A stretch of DNA of 64,000 nt from a virus: positions 30,000 to 93,999 of the IMG/VR virus record IMGVR_UViG_3300020202_000064, one strand, 5' to 3'. The stretch's first letter is position 1. Each line of letters opens with the position of its first letter. Made by a program: the position numbers and the translations under genes. Below the pieces are notes generated by a model, which did not search any database, was not told where the DNA came from, and was given only the letters and a program-made list of their open reading frames with translations. Below, piece after piece: positions 45,013 to 55,779 of this stretch.

Positions 45013-45980
45013 TAAAATAGAGAATTTTCGTCAAAGGAATGAGACTTTTTGCTATAGTTTGTACTACGTGAATGAAAGAAATCAACATGGGAATTCCCAA
45101 GAATCTCTTCATCGAACCACCGGGTCTTAGCAATCATTTCCTTATCGACTTCAAAAATCTTTGTAAACCCAATGTGTACAAGAGATTCGTTAATCCTATT
45201 TTTAACAAATTCTTTCAAAAGTGGGGCGTTCAGTCTCTCGTCGTTGATACCATTAACCATCCAATCAATAATCTTGGATTCAGCCTTAAACGCCTCTGTC
45301 GCCTCCTGTAGAATTTTCTGTGTCAATTCTTCATCGAATAGTTCAGGGTGTTCTTCCCGAATGACATTTACCAATTTCATGCCAACAAGTGCATGAAGCT
45401 GTTCTTCGCGAGCCGTATAAGCGACCTGCTGATTGGTATCTTTTAGGAGTCTCTTTCGGCCAAACCAGTTAACAATGTAGAACTGGCTAAAAAGTGAAAC
45501 ATTTTCAACGAAAAGTGTAAACAGAATAAGTGCGTAAACATACTGTTTCTTGCTATCTTTATAATACTTATGGGTGTATTTCTTAAGATACTTAACCCGA
45601 CCTGATATCCAGTCGAGTTTAAGATTCTTTTCGAATTGGTCTTCCAGACCTAAGACATCAAGAAGCCTTTCATAAGCATTGTTATGAATGACTTCAATAT
45701 GAGCTAGGCAATAACCTAAGTCGGCCAACGACGGATGGGGTAAATTCTCTCCCAGCTTCGCCCAGAAAGTCTTAACTGCAATCTCAATCTGACCAATAGC
45801 GGAAAGTGTACGGACGATAATTTCACGTTCTTCCTCTGTCAAATGGACTTTAAAATCCTGTATGTCAGAAGAAAAACTGAATTCTTTATCTGTCCAGAAC
45901 CCCGCATGGGCAGCTTCAATGAATTCCTTTGACCAAGGATAATTATCAGGCTTACGTGCTATCTGTTCGTCAAAAATCAT
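45012..45980 (-). CDS. nrdB: ribonucleotide reductase class I beta subunit
   Basis: FW, EVIHNNAY, ENVSLFSQF, EEQLH, DFF. Confidence 0.95.
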   Translation of the reverse strand: MIFDEQIARKPDNYPWSKEFIEAAHAGFWTDKEFSFSSDIQDFKVHLTEEEREIIVRTLSAIGQIEIAVKTFWAKLGENLPHPSLADLGYCLAHIEVIHNNAYERLLDVLGLEDQFEKNLKLDWISGRVKYLKKYTHKYYKDSKKQYVYALILFTLFVENVSLFSQFYIVNWFGRKRLLKDTNQQVAYTAREEQLHALVGMKLVNVIREEHPELFDEELTQKILQEATEAFKAESKIIDWMVNGINDERLNAPLLKEFVKNRINESLVHIGFTKIFEVDKEMIAKTRWFDEEILGNSHVDFFHSRSTNYSKKSHSFDENSLF

Positions 45981-46120
45981 AAATAGAGTACGCAGTAGCG
46001 TATGGTTTTATAAGATTACACCATCACATTTCAGGATAAATCCAAAAGAAAAAAACTATTCTTTTGTTTTCAACCCGTTATATCTGCGTGTAAGAATGGA
46101 ACTGGGTTTTGCCCATTCGG

Positions 46121-46894
46121 TCAAGCGGGAATTTTGACAATTTCCGGGAGCGCCAGACCACGAGAACGGTAATATTCTGTGTTGAATTCCAAACGCGCCA
46201 ATTCGTAATTCCATTTAAAACTGCATTGCCAGCCACGAGCAGTCTGATATTCGACCTTATGTTTGGAGCGAAAATCAGATAGCCATGTAAGATGTTTAAC
46301 CCAAGCCACGGTCTTCGGTATGGTAAGATTGGCTAATTGGATATCTCTAACTTCAACACCATCATTATCATACATGATATTGTTATCGTCCCAAAACTTC
46401 GTGATAACGCATGAATTAAACTTCGTGCGATGAATTCGCATTGGGTTGAAGGGTTCAGCTAGATAGGTGTCTTGGTCAAAGACGAAATTTTTCAAGCAAA
46501 GTCGAAAGGCAGGAATGAAAGATTGTCGTTCCACATATCGAATAATTTTAGAAATCTCATCTATTGTGTAAAATTCATCTGAGTCAACCTGCCAAACGAT
46601 ATCTACACCATATGCGAATGCACTCGTCAATCCCCAACCCCGTGCCACAGTTTCTTTAACTGGATGTGTTTCAGAATGTACTATATCGATTTTCTCATTA
46701 GATACCAACTCTATAAGTTTACCATGCGTGTCATCCATCCTCGATTGACCAAACTTATCAAAGGGAGCGCAAATCGCCGCGATATAGAACTCATGACCGC
46801 CTAACTTATTCGACCTTGCTTCTATCCAAGCTTGGAGAGAATCAGCTATGTAATGTTCTGAGTTAAAAGCTGTATATATAATTCCGATTTTCAT
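46121..46894 (-). CDS. GT-A fold glycosyltransferase
   Basis: IYTAFNSE..., WQVDSDE. Confidence 0.7.
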   Translation of the reverse strand: MKIGIIYTAFNSEHYIADSLQAWIEARSNKLGGHEFYIAAICAPFDKFGQSRMDDTHGKLIELVSNEKIDIVHSETHPVKETVARGWGLTSAFAYGVDIVWQVDSDEFYTIDEISKIIRYVERQSFIPAFRLCLKNFVFDQDTYLAEPFNPMRIHRTKFNSCVITKFWDDNNIMYDNDGVEVRDIQLANLTIPKTVAWVKHLTWLSDFRSKHKVEYQTARGWQCSFKWNYELARLEFNTEYYRSRGLALPEIVKIPA

Positions 46895-47469
46895 GAATTA
46901 ACTCTGTGGAAGTTGCGATGATACCAAGTGGCGTTAGAACCGTACTTCATATACTTTAAAGCGTGTGGTAACTCTTCTGAGACGGCACGACGAACGGGGT
47001 CGTGACCCAAATCATGCCCAGCAATGATTCCACCTAGCTTTATCTTGGGAAGCCAAAGACGAATATCTTCCTTTACTGATTCATAATCATGAGAGGCATC
47101 AATGTAAACAAATTCAAGAGAACCATCTTGAAATTTTGTCGCTGCTTCCGAACTTAACATACGTAGTGGATTAACAACACCATCTAAGCCACTTTCGCGA
47201 ATATTATTCATGAAAGTTTCATATGCGTCACCTCCCAAAGCTTTCAGCCGCGCTGCAACCACTTCATCGGGAACAGGACCGTTCTGCCAAGTATCGACTG
47301 CGTAAAATTTAATATTTTTACCTGATTTCTTAATCAAATCTCCCATGAACGCGGCGCTTCGACCAAGCCATGAGCCTACTTCAACAAAAGTTGCGTTATC
47401 ATATAATGCAACAATCTCTTCATATACATCTTCAAAATCAAACCATCCATCAATATCTTTATAATTCAT
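46891..47469 (-). CDS. class I SAM methyltransferase (Methyltransf_24-like)
   Basis: VEVGSWLGRS, YIDASHDY, GGIIAGHD. Confidence 0.88.
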   Translation of the reverse strand: MNYKDIDGWFDFEDVYEEIVALYDNATFVEVGSWLGRSAAFMGDLIKKSGKNIKFYAVDTWQNGPVPDEVVAARLKALGGDAYETFMNNIRESGLDGVVNPLRMLSSEAATKFQDGSLEFVYIDASHDYESVKEDIRLWLPKIKLGGIIAGHDLGHDPVRRAVSEELPHALKYMKYGSNATWYHRNFHRVNS

Positions 47470-47471
47470 AA

Positions 47472-48080
47472 TTAATCCTTGTAGAACCAAACATCTGTGT
47501 ATTGGTTAAGAAACACTTTATATTTGTTTTCAACCAACCACTTCTTTATTTCTTCAAAACCGGGGGTTGTATACACCTTCTTTTGTTCATCGTTTTTCAT
47601 AAACATTTCCATAACCAGTAAACGAGGGCGACTTACAATCTGTGATATCACATTCCATTCGCTACCCTCCACATCGATAAGCGCCACATCAATCTGACCA
47701 TGGTCAAATCGCGACAATTTACAACATGGTACTTTGGCTTTTTCTCTAGGTGGGTTGCCAAAGAATACAGTAGGAGACGTTACACCTTCAACCCAAGAAC
47801 ATTCATTATCGTGATTGAATTCTATTTCTCCATCTTTATCAAATACGGCAATGTTAAATATATCAACGTTGGGAAAAGAACCATACGCCTCTGTTAATTT
47901 TTTATAATTTGGGTAAAATGGTTCGAATAATTTAATCGGAATCCCGGTTGGCATAAACGCCTGAGAACGACACAATTCAGGTTGTCCAACTCCAATCTCC
48001 CATATATTCTTGGGGTTGAAAGCCGCCAGTAATTCGAGTATAGTGTACTCACGTTCTTCCAAAACTGGCAAATTACTCAT
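47472..48080 (-). CDS. FkbM-family methyltransferase
   Basis: WEIGVG, FEP, IDVEGSE. Confidence 0.82.
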   Translation of the reverse strand: MSNLPVLEEREYTILELLAAFNPKNIWEIGVGQPELCRSQAFMPTGIPIKLFEPFYPNYKKLTEAYGSFPNVDIFNIAVFDKDGEIEFNHDNECSWVEGVTSPTVFFGNPPREKAKVPCCKLSRFDHGQIDVALIDVEGSEWNVISQIVSRPRLLVMEMFMKNDEQKKVYTTPGFEEIKKWLVENKYKVFLNQYTDVWFYKD

Positions 48081-48949
48081 GGCACCAACTCCTTCACTTT
48101 ATTTATGACTTCATTTACGTGAATATTACTGGCCCCGTTAGGGGCGAAGAAATTGTAATTCTTCGTGCTGTTGGTTGCAAATGCATAAGGATTATTCACG
48201 TGTCCCGGCCAATGGTTTGTAAGTAAGCTAATCGTGGGGTGTTCGTAGGCACCAAAAATCAAGGTGGAACCACTATCGGTCCCAACTACCAAATCACATC
48301 CGAGCGACAACTTAATCTGGTCAAAAAACGACAGCAAACGATAATCTTTGAAATAACTTGGTGTCCACCAATAATCAAAAGTATAATCTCGGGGGTGACC
48401 AAATTGATAAATTGTATAACCGGCCTTGATTAATTCATCCGTAAATGTATCGTACCATTCTCGACTAGGATTGCGTTTATTCTCCTTCCCATAACCGGCA
48501 CAAGGCCAAAGCGCTATCGTTTTCCGCTTTTGGATTTCTACTGGAAACCATTTGTATAATTTTGGCCTCTTCTCTTCTTCGGTCATTTCTGCGTATTGAG
48601 CATCGCTAAACCCAGCCATGCGAAATGTCTCATGATAAATATCTCGAATATTTGGCCAATTATCTCCTTCTGGATGCTGCGGCATGACATTAAAAACATA
48701 TTGACACTGTTTAGCGATTTCAATATCTCGCGGCCCCATCCCTTCATCACAATCACTTATCACAATTTGGTCGATAAGGGGATGATTAATGTAAAGAGGC
48801 GCAGCTTGGCTGCATTTACGAGCTACCTGCCAATATTTGTAGCACCCCGGCGCTTTCTTGTCGATATAATTTAAGACGGGTAACGCCATAATCGAATCTC
48901 CGATTAGACTTCCACGAATACCAAACACTTTAAAATTCTTACCTGTCAT
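48077..48949 (-). CDS. GT9 (heptosyltransferase-like) glycosyltransferase
   Basis: LIGDSIMALP...VGTDSG. Confidence 0.8.
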   Translation of the reverse strand: MTGKNFKVFGIRGSLIGDSIMALPVLNYIDKKAPGCYKYWQVARKCSQAAPLYINHPLIDQIVISDCDEGMGPRDIEIAKQCQYVFNVMPQHPEGDNWPNIRDIYHETFRMAGFSDAQYAEMTEEEKRPKLYKWFPVEIQKRKTIALWPCAGYGKENKRNPSREWYDTFTDELIKAGYTIYQFGHPRDYTFDYWWTPSYFKDYRLLSFFDQIKLSLGCDLVVGTDSGSTLIFGAYEHPTISLLTNHWPGHVNNPYAFATNSTKNYNFFAPNGASNIHVNEVINKVKELVP

Positions 48950-49752
48950 GCTAGCGCGCGATTAATTGTTTCTTCTAAATTATATTTCTGGACAAAGCCC
49001 AATGCTTGAAGCTTGTCGGTATTCATGAAGAAATTTGGAGCCTGAACTTTTTTGTGAAAATCTGGTACGGGAACTATTTTAATCTTACTAGATGATTTGG
49101 TTTTCCAAATAGCATAGTGCACTATATCATATATACGATGGCTTTGGATAGACCCAATATTATATGTATCATTTAGATTGCCCTTTTCTAATACCAACTT
49201 AATGGCGCGACAGCAATCTTCGATATCTAGATAATTACGATAGTTATCACCCTCGTAAACCGAAATATCTTCACCACGTTTAATTTTGGCCAATAGAAAT
49301 TCCAATGCGTTATTTTTGGAACTCGTAGAGGGATTCTTTCCTATTACGTTAGAAAGTCGAAGAATTCTATAATTATGGTTAAATGTTGAACAATATGATT
49401 TCGTAAGTTGTTCGGCGCACAATTTGGTGATTGGATAGAAGCCTCTCGGATTACATACCGTGTCTTCCCGTATATCGTGCATACCTCTGTCACCTACACA
49501 ATTTATCGTACTAACATAATTGAACGTACCACCAATTCGGGGTAGGTCTCCCATAAGACGAACCAAGTTTACCCTAACATCCAGAGTTGGGTCATTAAAA
49601 ACATTATAATTATTAGTGGTTGAAATCAGGTAAAGTGCATCGCCCGCCTGAAACTCCTTGTTTTCACGAGGGACAACATGCGTTTCGGGATACAGCGCAT
49701 GAAAATGCGAACCAATAAATCCCGTTCCACCAAATATTTTTAAGCTTTCCAT
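48946..49752 (-). CDS. NAD-dependent nucleotide-sugar epimerase/dehydratase
   Basis: GGTGFIG, YPITK, RLSNV. Confidence 0.88.
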   Translation of the reverse strand: MESLKIFGGTGFIGSHFHALYPETHVVPRENKEFQAGDALYLISTTNNYNVFNDPTLDVRVNLVRLMGDLPRIGGTFNYVSTINCVGDRGMHDIREDTVCNPRGFYPITKLCAEQLTKSYCSTFNHNYRILRLSNVIGKNPSTSSKNNALEFLLAKIKRGEDISVYEGDNYRNYLDIEDCCRAIKLVLEKGNLNDTYNIGSIQSHRIYDIVHYAIWKTKSSSKIKIVPVPDFHKKVQAPNFFMNTDKLQALGFVQKYNLEETINRALA

Positions 49753-51053
49753 GCCGTTAATACCTTCTCAATGTAATCGATATTCTCTTGGGTAATCGTA
49801 GGTGCACAACCCACAAAAAACACTAAATCGAGAACTTTGTTAGCTTCTGGATAGTTTGCAAAATTGTCAAGATGCTTATATCCTTCATGCAACAAAAGAT
49901 TTCCTGCAAAATAATTTCTGGTTTGTATACCGTTAAATTCCAGATATTTAACCAATTTGCGCTTCTGTTCAGCCGACTTGCAAATCAATGGAACGCCGAA
50001 TGGCACCCAATACGCCCGTTCATAGACGGATGGGAATGAAACCGATTCCACATTAAGGGTAAATAATTTTTGAATTTTTGCAATATTCTGCCTGCGCTTT
50101 TCACAAAACGAATCCAGTTTTTTTAATTGTTCCAATCCTATTGCCGCTTGCAGGTCCAAAGGTTTTAAGTTCCAACCGATTCTATTGAATACATACTTGT
50201 GGTCTATGATAGTTTCAGGAAGGTTTGGTAGCCAGTTCGAAAAACGTTTCCCACAAACGCCGTTTGGAATGAGATTGGCGGCTCCAACACAAAAACAATC
50301 GCGCCCCCAACTAGCAAAGCTACGCGCCAGACGAATTATTTCAGTATGACGGGAGGATACCATACCTCCCTCAAGAGTTGTAATTTCATGAGAGGGGTAG
50401 AAAGAACAGGATGATGCTTCCGCATATTCGTTTAAGAATTTCCCGTTCCACTTCGTGCCGAGGGAATCGCAGTTATCTAAAAGTAGCGTAATATCTCTAT
50501 CATTGCAAAACGTGGTTAAATAATCCATGTCTGGCGGATTACCAAGCACGGGGCTTAAGAATATAGCGACCGGTTTTTTATCTAGTTCGGAAACTTTCTT
50601 GGTCAGTAGACGCAAATCGAAGTTAAGTGTATGCCACTCTATATCAATAAAGATTGGTTTTAATCCATTTTGTACAATGGCGGAAATGGTTGTCGGAAAG
50701 CCGACCGGAGATACAAGAATCGAATCGCCATCTTGCCATTTGAAATGTTCCTTGCAGGCGGCAATAAGGAGAAGGTTGGCACTTGAGCCGCTGTTACAGA
50801 AGAAAGAGTATGGAGTATTTATATGTTTACTAAAAGCATTTTCGAACCGCATGCACACTTCACCACTGGAAGCCCATTTTCCAAATAGCAGTGTTTCTAT
50901 CGCCGCCGTTAATTCGCTTTCATCAAAACAAGGACCGGCATAATACACCTTATTTGCCGACTTTGAATTGTGCGCAAATTTTGGAAGTGTCCCATATTTC
51001 TGAGACATTTCAGAAATAAAGCGCGCGATATCTTCTTTAAACGATTTTTCCAT
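49740..51053 (-). CDS. PLP-dependent 3-dehydrase, RfbH/DdhC-like
   Basis: NSGSSANL, DNCDSLG, SFYPSHEITTLEGG, WGRDCFC, DHKYVF. Confidence 0.88.
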   Translation of the reverse strand: MEKSFKEDIARFISEMSQKYGTLPKFAHNSKSANKVYYAGPCFDESELTAAIETLLFGKWASSGEVCMRFENAFSKHINTPYSFFCNSGSSANLLLIAACKEHFKWQDGDSILVSPVGFPTTISAIVQNGLKPIFIDIEWHTLNFDLRLLTKKVSELDKKPVAIFLSPVLGNPPDMDYLTTFCNDRDITLLLDNCDSLGTKWNGKFLNEYAEASSCSFYPSHEITTLEGGMVSSRHTEIIRLARSFASWGRDCFCVGAANLIPNGVCGKRFSNWLPNLPETIIDHKYVFNRIGWNLKPLDLQAAIGLEQLKKLDSFCEKRRQNIAKIQKLFTLNVESVSFPSVYERAYWVPFGVPLICKSAEQKRKLVKYLEFNGIQTRNYFAGNLLLHEGYKHLDNFANYPEANKVLDLVFFVGCAPTITQENIDYIEKVLTAWKA

Positions 51054-51732
51054 CTAGAACTTCCTTACACTTCTCAATAAAAAGTGGAACACTGCGCGAA
51101 TCCGCCGCCTGCATTGCATGATAAAATAAATTTGGGCCAAACGTATTACCAAGACCAAATTTCATACCATTATCCAAATCACAATTTGCGTCAACCACAT
51201 GTGAGGGATAATATAGACAAACTCCGTAACCAAGTTCTTTAGTCCGATACGTCAATTCTTCCGCAATATCACTACGAGGATTAAAGTGGTCCAAATCTGG
51301 TCTTCCAAGTTTATCATAAAGGCTAGAAGAGAAACAAAGAATTGCTTGGCTTGCATACGCATGTTGTATGTTCCCGTTTGGACCTTTCAGATGATTGCTT
51401 TGCTGGGCTAATCCAAAAACCGTAGTTTTATTTTTTACAATATCATAAATCAACTGCATACAATTCGGTTTAAGGAAAATTGCGTCATAATCGATAAATA
51501 AATAGTAATCAGGGCGATTTGGTGTATCAATTGTATTTTTTAAAATATGGTTCATGAAGAACCCGTTGGAATAGGCCGGAAAAGGACAGCCAACATAATT
51601 AATATTTAACCCAAAATGTTCGGTCATAACCTTTTGATGCCATTGCAACGCTTCAATTTTCCGGTTATTACCGAATAAGGTTATAGCGAGAATCTTCTCA
51701 CCACCAATTTCGATATTTATTAAGTTGTTCAT
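51037..51732 (-). CDS. putative GT-A glycosyltransferase
   Basis: YLFIDYD (DxD) within the sugar island. Confidence 0.55.
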   Translation of the reverse strand: MNNLINIEIGGEKILAITLFGNNRKIEALQWHQKVMTEHFGLNINYVGCPFPAYSNGFFMNHILKNTIDTPNRPDYYLFIDYDAIFLKPNCMQLIYDIVKNKTTVFGLAQQSNHLKGPNGNIQHAYASQAILCFSSSLYDKLGRPDLDHFNPRSDIAEELTYRTKELGYGVCLYYPSHVVDANCDLDNGMKFGLGNTFGPNLFYHAMQAADSRSVPLFIEKCKEVLDGKIV

Positions 51733-51959
51733 GGTGCCTTCCTGTGCGTTCTCCTTGTAGCAGATTTCGCATATTCGTCAATCTCTTTTAAAAGTTTATT
51801 TAGGGTGATGCCCCCACAGGTACGACTATATGTGGGCCAAACAATTTTCGCTTCCCACATACCATGATATTTGAAGTATCTTTTTAAAGATTTCAATTTA
51901 CCATGTCGCTTTTCGACGTACTTGGTAATAAAGCTTTTTGTTCTGGGGGAGATATTCAT
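51729..51959 (-). CDS. hypothetical protein
   Basis: Likely start 51959, coupled with neighbours. Confidence 0.5.
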   Translation of the reverse strand: MNISPRTKSFITKYVEKRHGKLKSLKRYFKYHGMWEAKIVWPTYSRTCGGITLNKLLKEIDEYAKSATRRTHRKAP

Positions 51960-53176
51960 CTTGTCAAGATATTTAATCCAGACGCCAATCTGAGAATGTG
52001 TTTCTGTGTCACGTTTTGGTGTAGCCCAACATAGCACGCATTATGATGCAGCCATTCCGCACCCGGAAAATCAAGAGGGTTTCCATATTTCTTGAACGCT
52101 GTTTGGCGCAATAAGTTTCCACTAATCAACGGACGAGATTCAACTCCAGCCAAATCTAACGTCATACGCACTTGCCTCATCAAACCCGGCTTCGCCTTTT
52201 GGGATGCAACGATGGGTAAAGCAAATGGGGCATTATCATCATAATCCTGAAGATGTGGCTTTAAATAACTATCGTTCAACGCCGACATGAATAGATTGGA
52301 AAGTCTAATTCGACTATGATATTTATCTGTGTTCGTGGAAAAATCCAGCGCTCGTTCGAAGTCTAACAGACCCATAAAAGCCGCCAGATTATGACTGCGA
52401 TAATTCGAACCCATCATGTAGAAATCAAAGAGGGGGTCAACTTCAGGATTCTTGTATTTGTTGGGTAAACCGCGCGTCATACCATGTGCTCGCGCCATCT
52501 TATACCATTCGTATTCTTCATCATCTCGACAAAATACCATTCCACCCTCAGTACCAGTTGTTGTAAGATGTGAGAAATACATTGACGTTGAACTTGTTAC
52601 AAAAGCACAAAGATGCGTAGCCTTCTTAATATTATCTGCCACCCAGCTAAAAGAGGATTCACAATTATCTAACATTAATGCAACATTCCTTTCGTTGCAT
52701 AAATCTTTGATTTTCATCAAATCTTCTGAAAAGCCGAGAAGTGAAGTATAGAATACTGTACTGATTTCACCGGCTGTATCAGCATCCAAAACCTTCTTAA
52801 CGTCGTTGTAACAAGAGTTAAGTGTTGCTCCGGTTACATCCATAAATACTGGTTCAAAATCAAAATTAACCCAAGGTGAAATTGAGCTTATCCATGTAAC
52901 GGCGGGAAACACAACCTTACGCCGTTTTGGCCATGATGCAACACGACGTAGTTCTTCCCGCCGCCGAAGGGCAATCAACTCATTGGCGGCACTACCACTC
53001 GCAACAAAAACGGCGTGATTTGCACCAGTATATTCCTCCCAAGTTTCTTCGTACTTACGAACCCATTCCCCCTGTGTCCAACGGTCTTCCGTAAATATGA
53101 ATTTACTTATCTTGAGTTTATCAAGAAATGTAAATGATGGAGCATTAAGCGGCCAGAAATAAGATGGAGATTTCAT
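51956..53176 (-). CDS. DegT-family PLP enzyme, ColD-like (His at the catalytic position)
   Basis: SGSAAN, DNCES, YFSHLTTTGTEGG, RAHG, GNLLRQ. Confidence 0.82.
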   Translation of the reverse strand: MKSPSYFWPLNAPSFTFLDKLKISKFIFTEDRWTQGEWVRKYEETWEEYTGANHAVFVASGSAANELIALRRREELRRVASWPKRRKVVFPAVTWISSISPWVNFDFEPVFMDVTGATLNSCYNDVKKVLDADTAGEISTVFYTSLLGFSEDLMKIKDLCNERNVALMLDNCESSFSWVADNIKKATHLCAFVTSSTSMYFSHLTTTGTEGGMVFCRDDEEYEWYKMARAHGMTRGLPNKYKNPEVDPLFDFYMMGSNYRSHNLAAFMGLLDFERALDFSTNTDKYHSRIRLSNLFMSALNDSYLKPHLQDYDDNAPFALPIVASQKAKPGLMRQVRMTLDLAGVESRPLISGNLLRQTAFKKYGNPLDFPGAEWLHHNACYVGLHQNVTQKHILRLASGLNILTR

Positions 53177-53862
53177 TGAAATTTTGGACTGGTTCTACCC
53201 TGATGGTTTTGCCCATGTCTTCCGATATGATAAACGTAAAACGGTAATTCTGCAAGGTTTCCTATAACCCTAGTATAATCATTGGGGGCATGGTCTCCCC
53301 ACTGATTTCGGAACATCCAATCACTTTCGCAAACATCGCCTCTAGGTGATGCTGGATATAACATAGTTCTATTCTTGATATGATTCTGAACTACAGAAGA
53401 ATTCCAATTGAACATTTGGAAAAAGCCATACCCAATACCAAGTGGAATTTCAAAATCACTTTCCTTCTTGGCGCCCGAAACGAAATCGAGATAGTCTTGA
53501 TAAGTATTTAGAAGTACGCGACGTGAACCATAAAAGAATTCGCGGTTCAACTCTGGCATTTTATCCCGCCAATTCGGAGGTACGAATACATCACAATCAG
53601 CATGAATTACCCAATCAGCATCATGGGCTATAGTATACCATGCCGCATTCAGCGCCAAACCTCTATCGAACTTCCTACCTTGATGGTAAAACAGTTCGGT
53701 TACAATCACATTGATACCGTTATCGCGGCAAAATTCTTGGGTTTCAGGGTCACGTTCAGATGTAACCACAGTAAATCTATCAAATTCGTTTTTATTATGT
53801 TTGAACGAAACTTGTAAATAATCCAATGTATTTACACAAGCTGTAATATAATCTAATTTCAT
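53173..53862 (-). CDS. GT-A glycosyltransferase
   Basis: HADCD; GFFQMF; HIG. Confidence 0.72.
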   Translation of the reverse strand: MKLDYITACVNTLDYLQVSFKHNKNEFDRFTVVTSERDPETQEFCRDNGINVIVTELFYHQGRKFDRGLALNAAWYTIAHDADWVIHADCDVFVPPNWRDKMPELNREFFYGSRRVLLNTYQDYLDFVSGAKKESDFEIPLGIGYGFFQMFNWNSSVVQNHIKNRTMLYPASPRGDVCESDWMFRNQWGDHAPNDYTRVIGNLAELPFYVYHIGRHGQNHQGRTSPKFQ

Positions 53863-54227
53863 TTATAACCTAATTTCTGTTCTACAAAATCCGAATCGGG
53901 AAAGAACTTAGTTTGCAATGCGTGCTTAAGTTGAGCGCGTTCGAAATTCATAGGGTCTGGGTCTTCAATTGGGTCTCCACGGTCCTTCCTACGATGATTT
54001 TCATCAATCAAATCAAAGAGCGCGGAGTTGATAGCAAAAAGTTTTTTGTATTCTGGGGATGCGTATACTTCGTTAAGCTTTTTAACGCCAATCTCCCGTT
54101 CGATTTCACTTACAAAAAAATCATAGTTGTGCTTTGCTCGTTTATTCGCGGGGAACTTCGTCAGTTTAACATCTAGAACAGATAAAATATCAAAAATAAA
54201 ACCTTCACCTAAAGAAACTCTAATCAT
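53859..54227 (-). CDS. hypothetical protein of sugar-modification clusters
   Basis: VSLGE..D.LSVL..K...N.ER..LK pattern. Confidence 0.6.
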   Translation of the reverse strand: MIRVSLGEGFIFDILSVLDVKLTKFPANKRAKHNYDFFVSEIEREIGVKKLNEVYASPEYKKLFAINSALFDLIDENHRRKDRGDPIEDPDPMNFERAQLKHALQTKFFPDSDFVEQKLGYK

Positions 54228-54250
54228 TTTAATCTTTCCATGAAAATTAT

Positions 54251-55012
54251 TTATTTGTAATCCGGCAACGTATGATGTTCACAATAATGTTCTACCTTGA
54301 AATCGGCGTTCCAATATATCTCATTATGGCCATTGGCGCGAAAATTCTCACAAATAACTGCGGTGTCGCAATCAGGCTTATTTAAGCGATTATTAAATCC
54401 TCCAAAACTGATACCACGCTTTATCGGCTCGGCATTATATAAGGCAAAACAATTGAATACACTCCATAATGGTTCAATACCTTTTGAATCATGTGATTCG
54501 TCACACGCCTCCACATTATTTGTTTTACGGGTGCCCCATGAATCATAGATATTATTTGGTAGATTCGGATGATGACTAAAACCTGTCAAAATATCAAATT
54601 TCTTTCCGTAGACAGCTTCATGGTCGCATAAAATTAATTTTGCTTTTTCAGCATCATACCTTACGTCGGTTTCGATAGAGAGGACAAAATCCATCTCTTT
54701 CAAAAAGTAAAACCCATAGATGCTGCTATTTCTGGCGTAAGCCAATATTTGGGTACGCATGGGGTGCATACCACCAATAAAATATGGAACTGACAATCTC
54801 TCTGAAGTTAAGCGATGCCGACCAAAGAAACTATAGTCAAACGAGGATAGTTTTTCAAAACTACCGTCTTTAGAGTCGTTCTCGTAAACACTTAGAAAGA
54901 ACTCAAAATTTTGCGAATTGGATTCGACTAATTTCTTAACGTGGAAATACCACATGTCTAAGAATTTAGCCTCATCCCTAACTATCGTTGAAATTAAAAT
55001 CTTTTTCTTCAT
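54251..55012 (-). CDS. GT-A glycosyltransferase
   Basis: IVRDE, YENDSKDGS, ARN, IETD, YDSWG, SVFNCFALY. Confidence 0.75.
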   Translation of the reverse strand: MKKKILISTIVRDEAKFLDMWYFHVKKLVESNSQNFEFFLSVYENDSKDGSFEKLSSFDYSFFGRHRLTSERLSVPYFIGGMHPMRTQILAYARNSSIYGFYFLKEMDFVLSIETDVRYDAEKAKLILCDHEAVYGKKFDILTGFSHHPNLPNNIYDSWGTRKTNNVEACDESHDSKGIEPLWSVFNCFALYNAEPIKRGISFGGFNNRLNKPDCDTAVICENFRANGHNEIYWNADFKVEHYCEHHTLPDYK

Positions 55013-55779
55013 TTAAAAATCTTTTCGTAATTTTTGAAATTTACATACCAAACGCGAACTGCTCTGTTGTCGGCTGGGTTAAAACTACTAGGAAAACAAT
55101 CTCTCGTATATAAATGCATCTTATAGTCGTAATTCCAAGCGTTATCAGGAATTAATGTTACACAGCGACCACCAACCCCAATCATCAAATGATAGTCACC
55201 AGTGTCAGGGCCAATATAGCGACCAATAACTTGGTACATGGCCGCAAGTTTGGCAATAGGAAGGTCCGGAACTGCAATTGCACCATCATACGTTTCTTGA
55301 TTTCCAGTGATGCCGAATGTAATTGGGGTGAAGCCCGACTTTAGAAGTTGTTGAACTATCCATTCCATCGTTTCACGCGGCGGCTTACGATAGAATCTTA
55401 ACGGATGGTCGCTGTTACCCCCGCCCACGGCACCATTGACGACGATTGGTGATTTGATATCACGTGAACGAATCCACTCGATTGCTTCATTTATGTCGTC
55501 ATCCTTCGGTTTCACATACGGCGTCCCGTAATCTTTTATACCCAAAGCATTTAAAACTCGCTTCGCTGCTGGACCCTCACCCGCCAGAGGCATTGGAGAA
55601 GTAACAGCGGGTACAAATTTTACTTCCGCTATCTCGTTAAAAATAGCAGAAAAATTTCGAATTCTTGGTTCGTCAGTAAGGGTGACGGAGCCAGTGCGGC
55701 CATTCTTAAAAACGGCTGTGGCGGCTAGCATATCACCCAAGGAACCCGCTTCGCAAGGAATATGATATTCGTTACTCAT
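55009..55779 (-). CDS. GT9-like glycosyltransferase
   Basis: SLGD...YIGPDTGDYHL. Confidence 0.72.
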   Translation of the reverse strand: MSNEYHIPCEAGSLGDMLAATAVFKNGRTGSVTLTDEPRIRNFSAIFNEIAEVKFVPAVTSPMPLAGEGPAAKRVLNALGIKDYGTPYVKPKDDDINEAIEWIRSRDIKSPIVVNGAVGGGNSDHPLRFYRKPPRETMEWIVQQLLKSGFTPITFGITGNQETYDGAIAVPDLPIAKLAAMYQVIGRYIGPDTGDYHLMIGVGGRCVTLIPDNAWNYDYKMHLYTRDCFPSSFNPADNRAVRVWYVNFKNYEKIFK

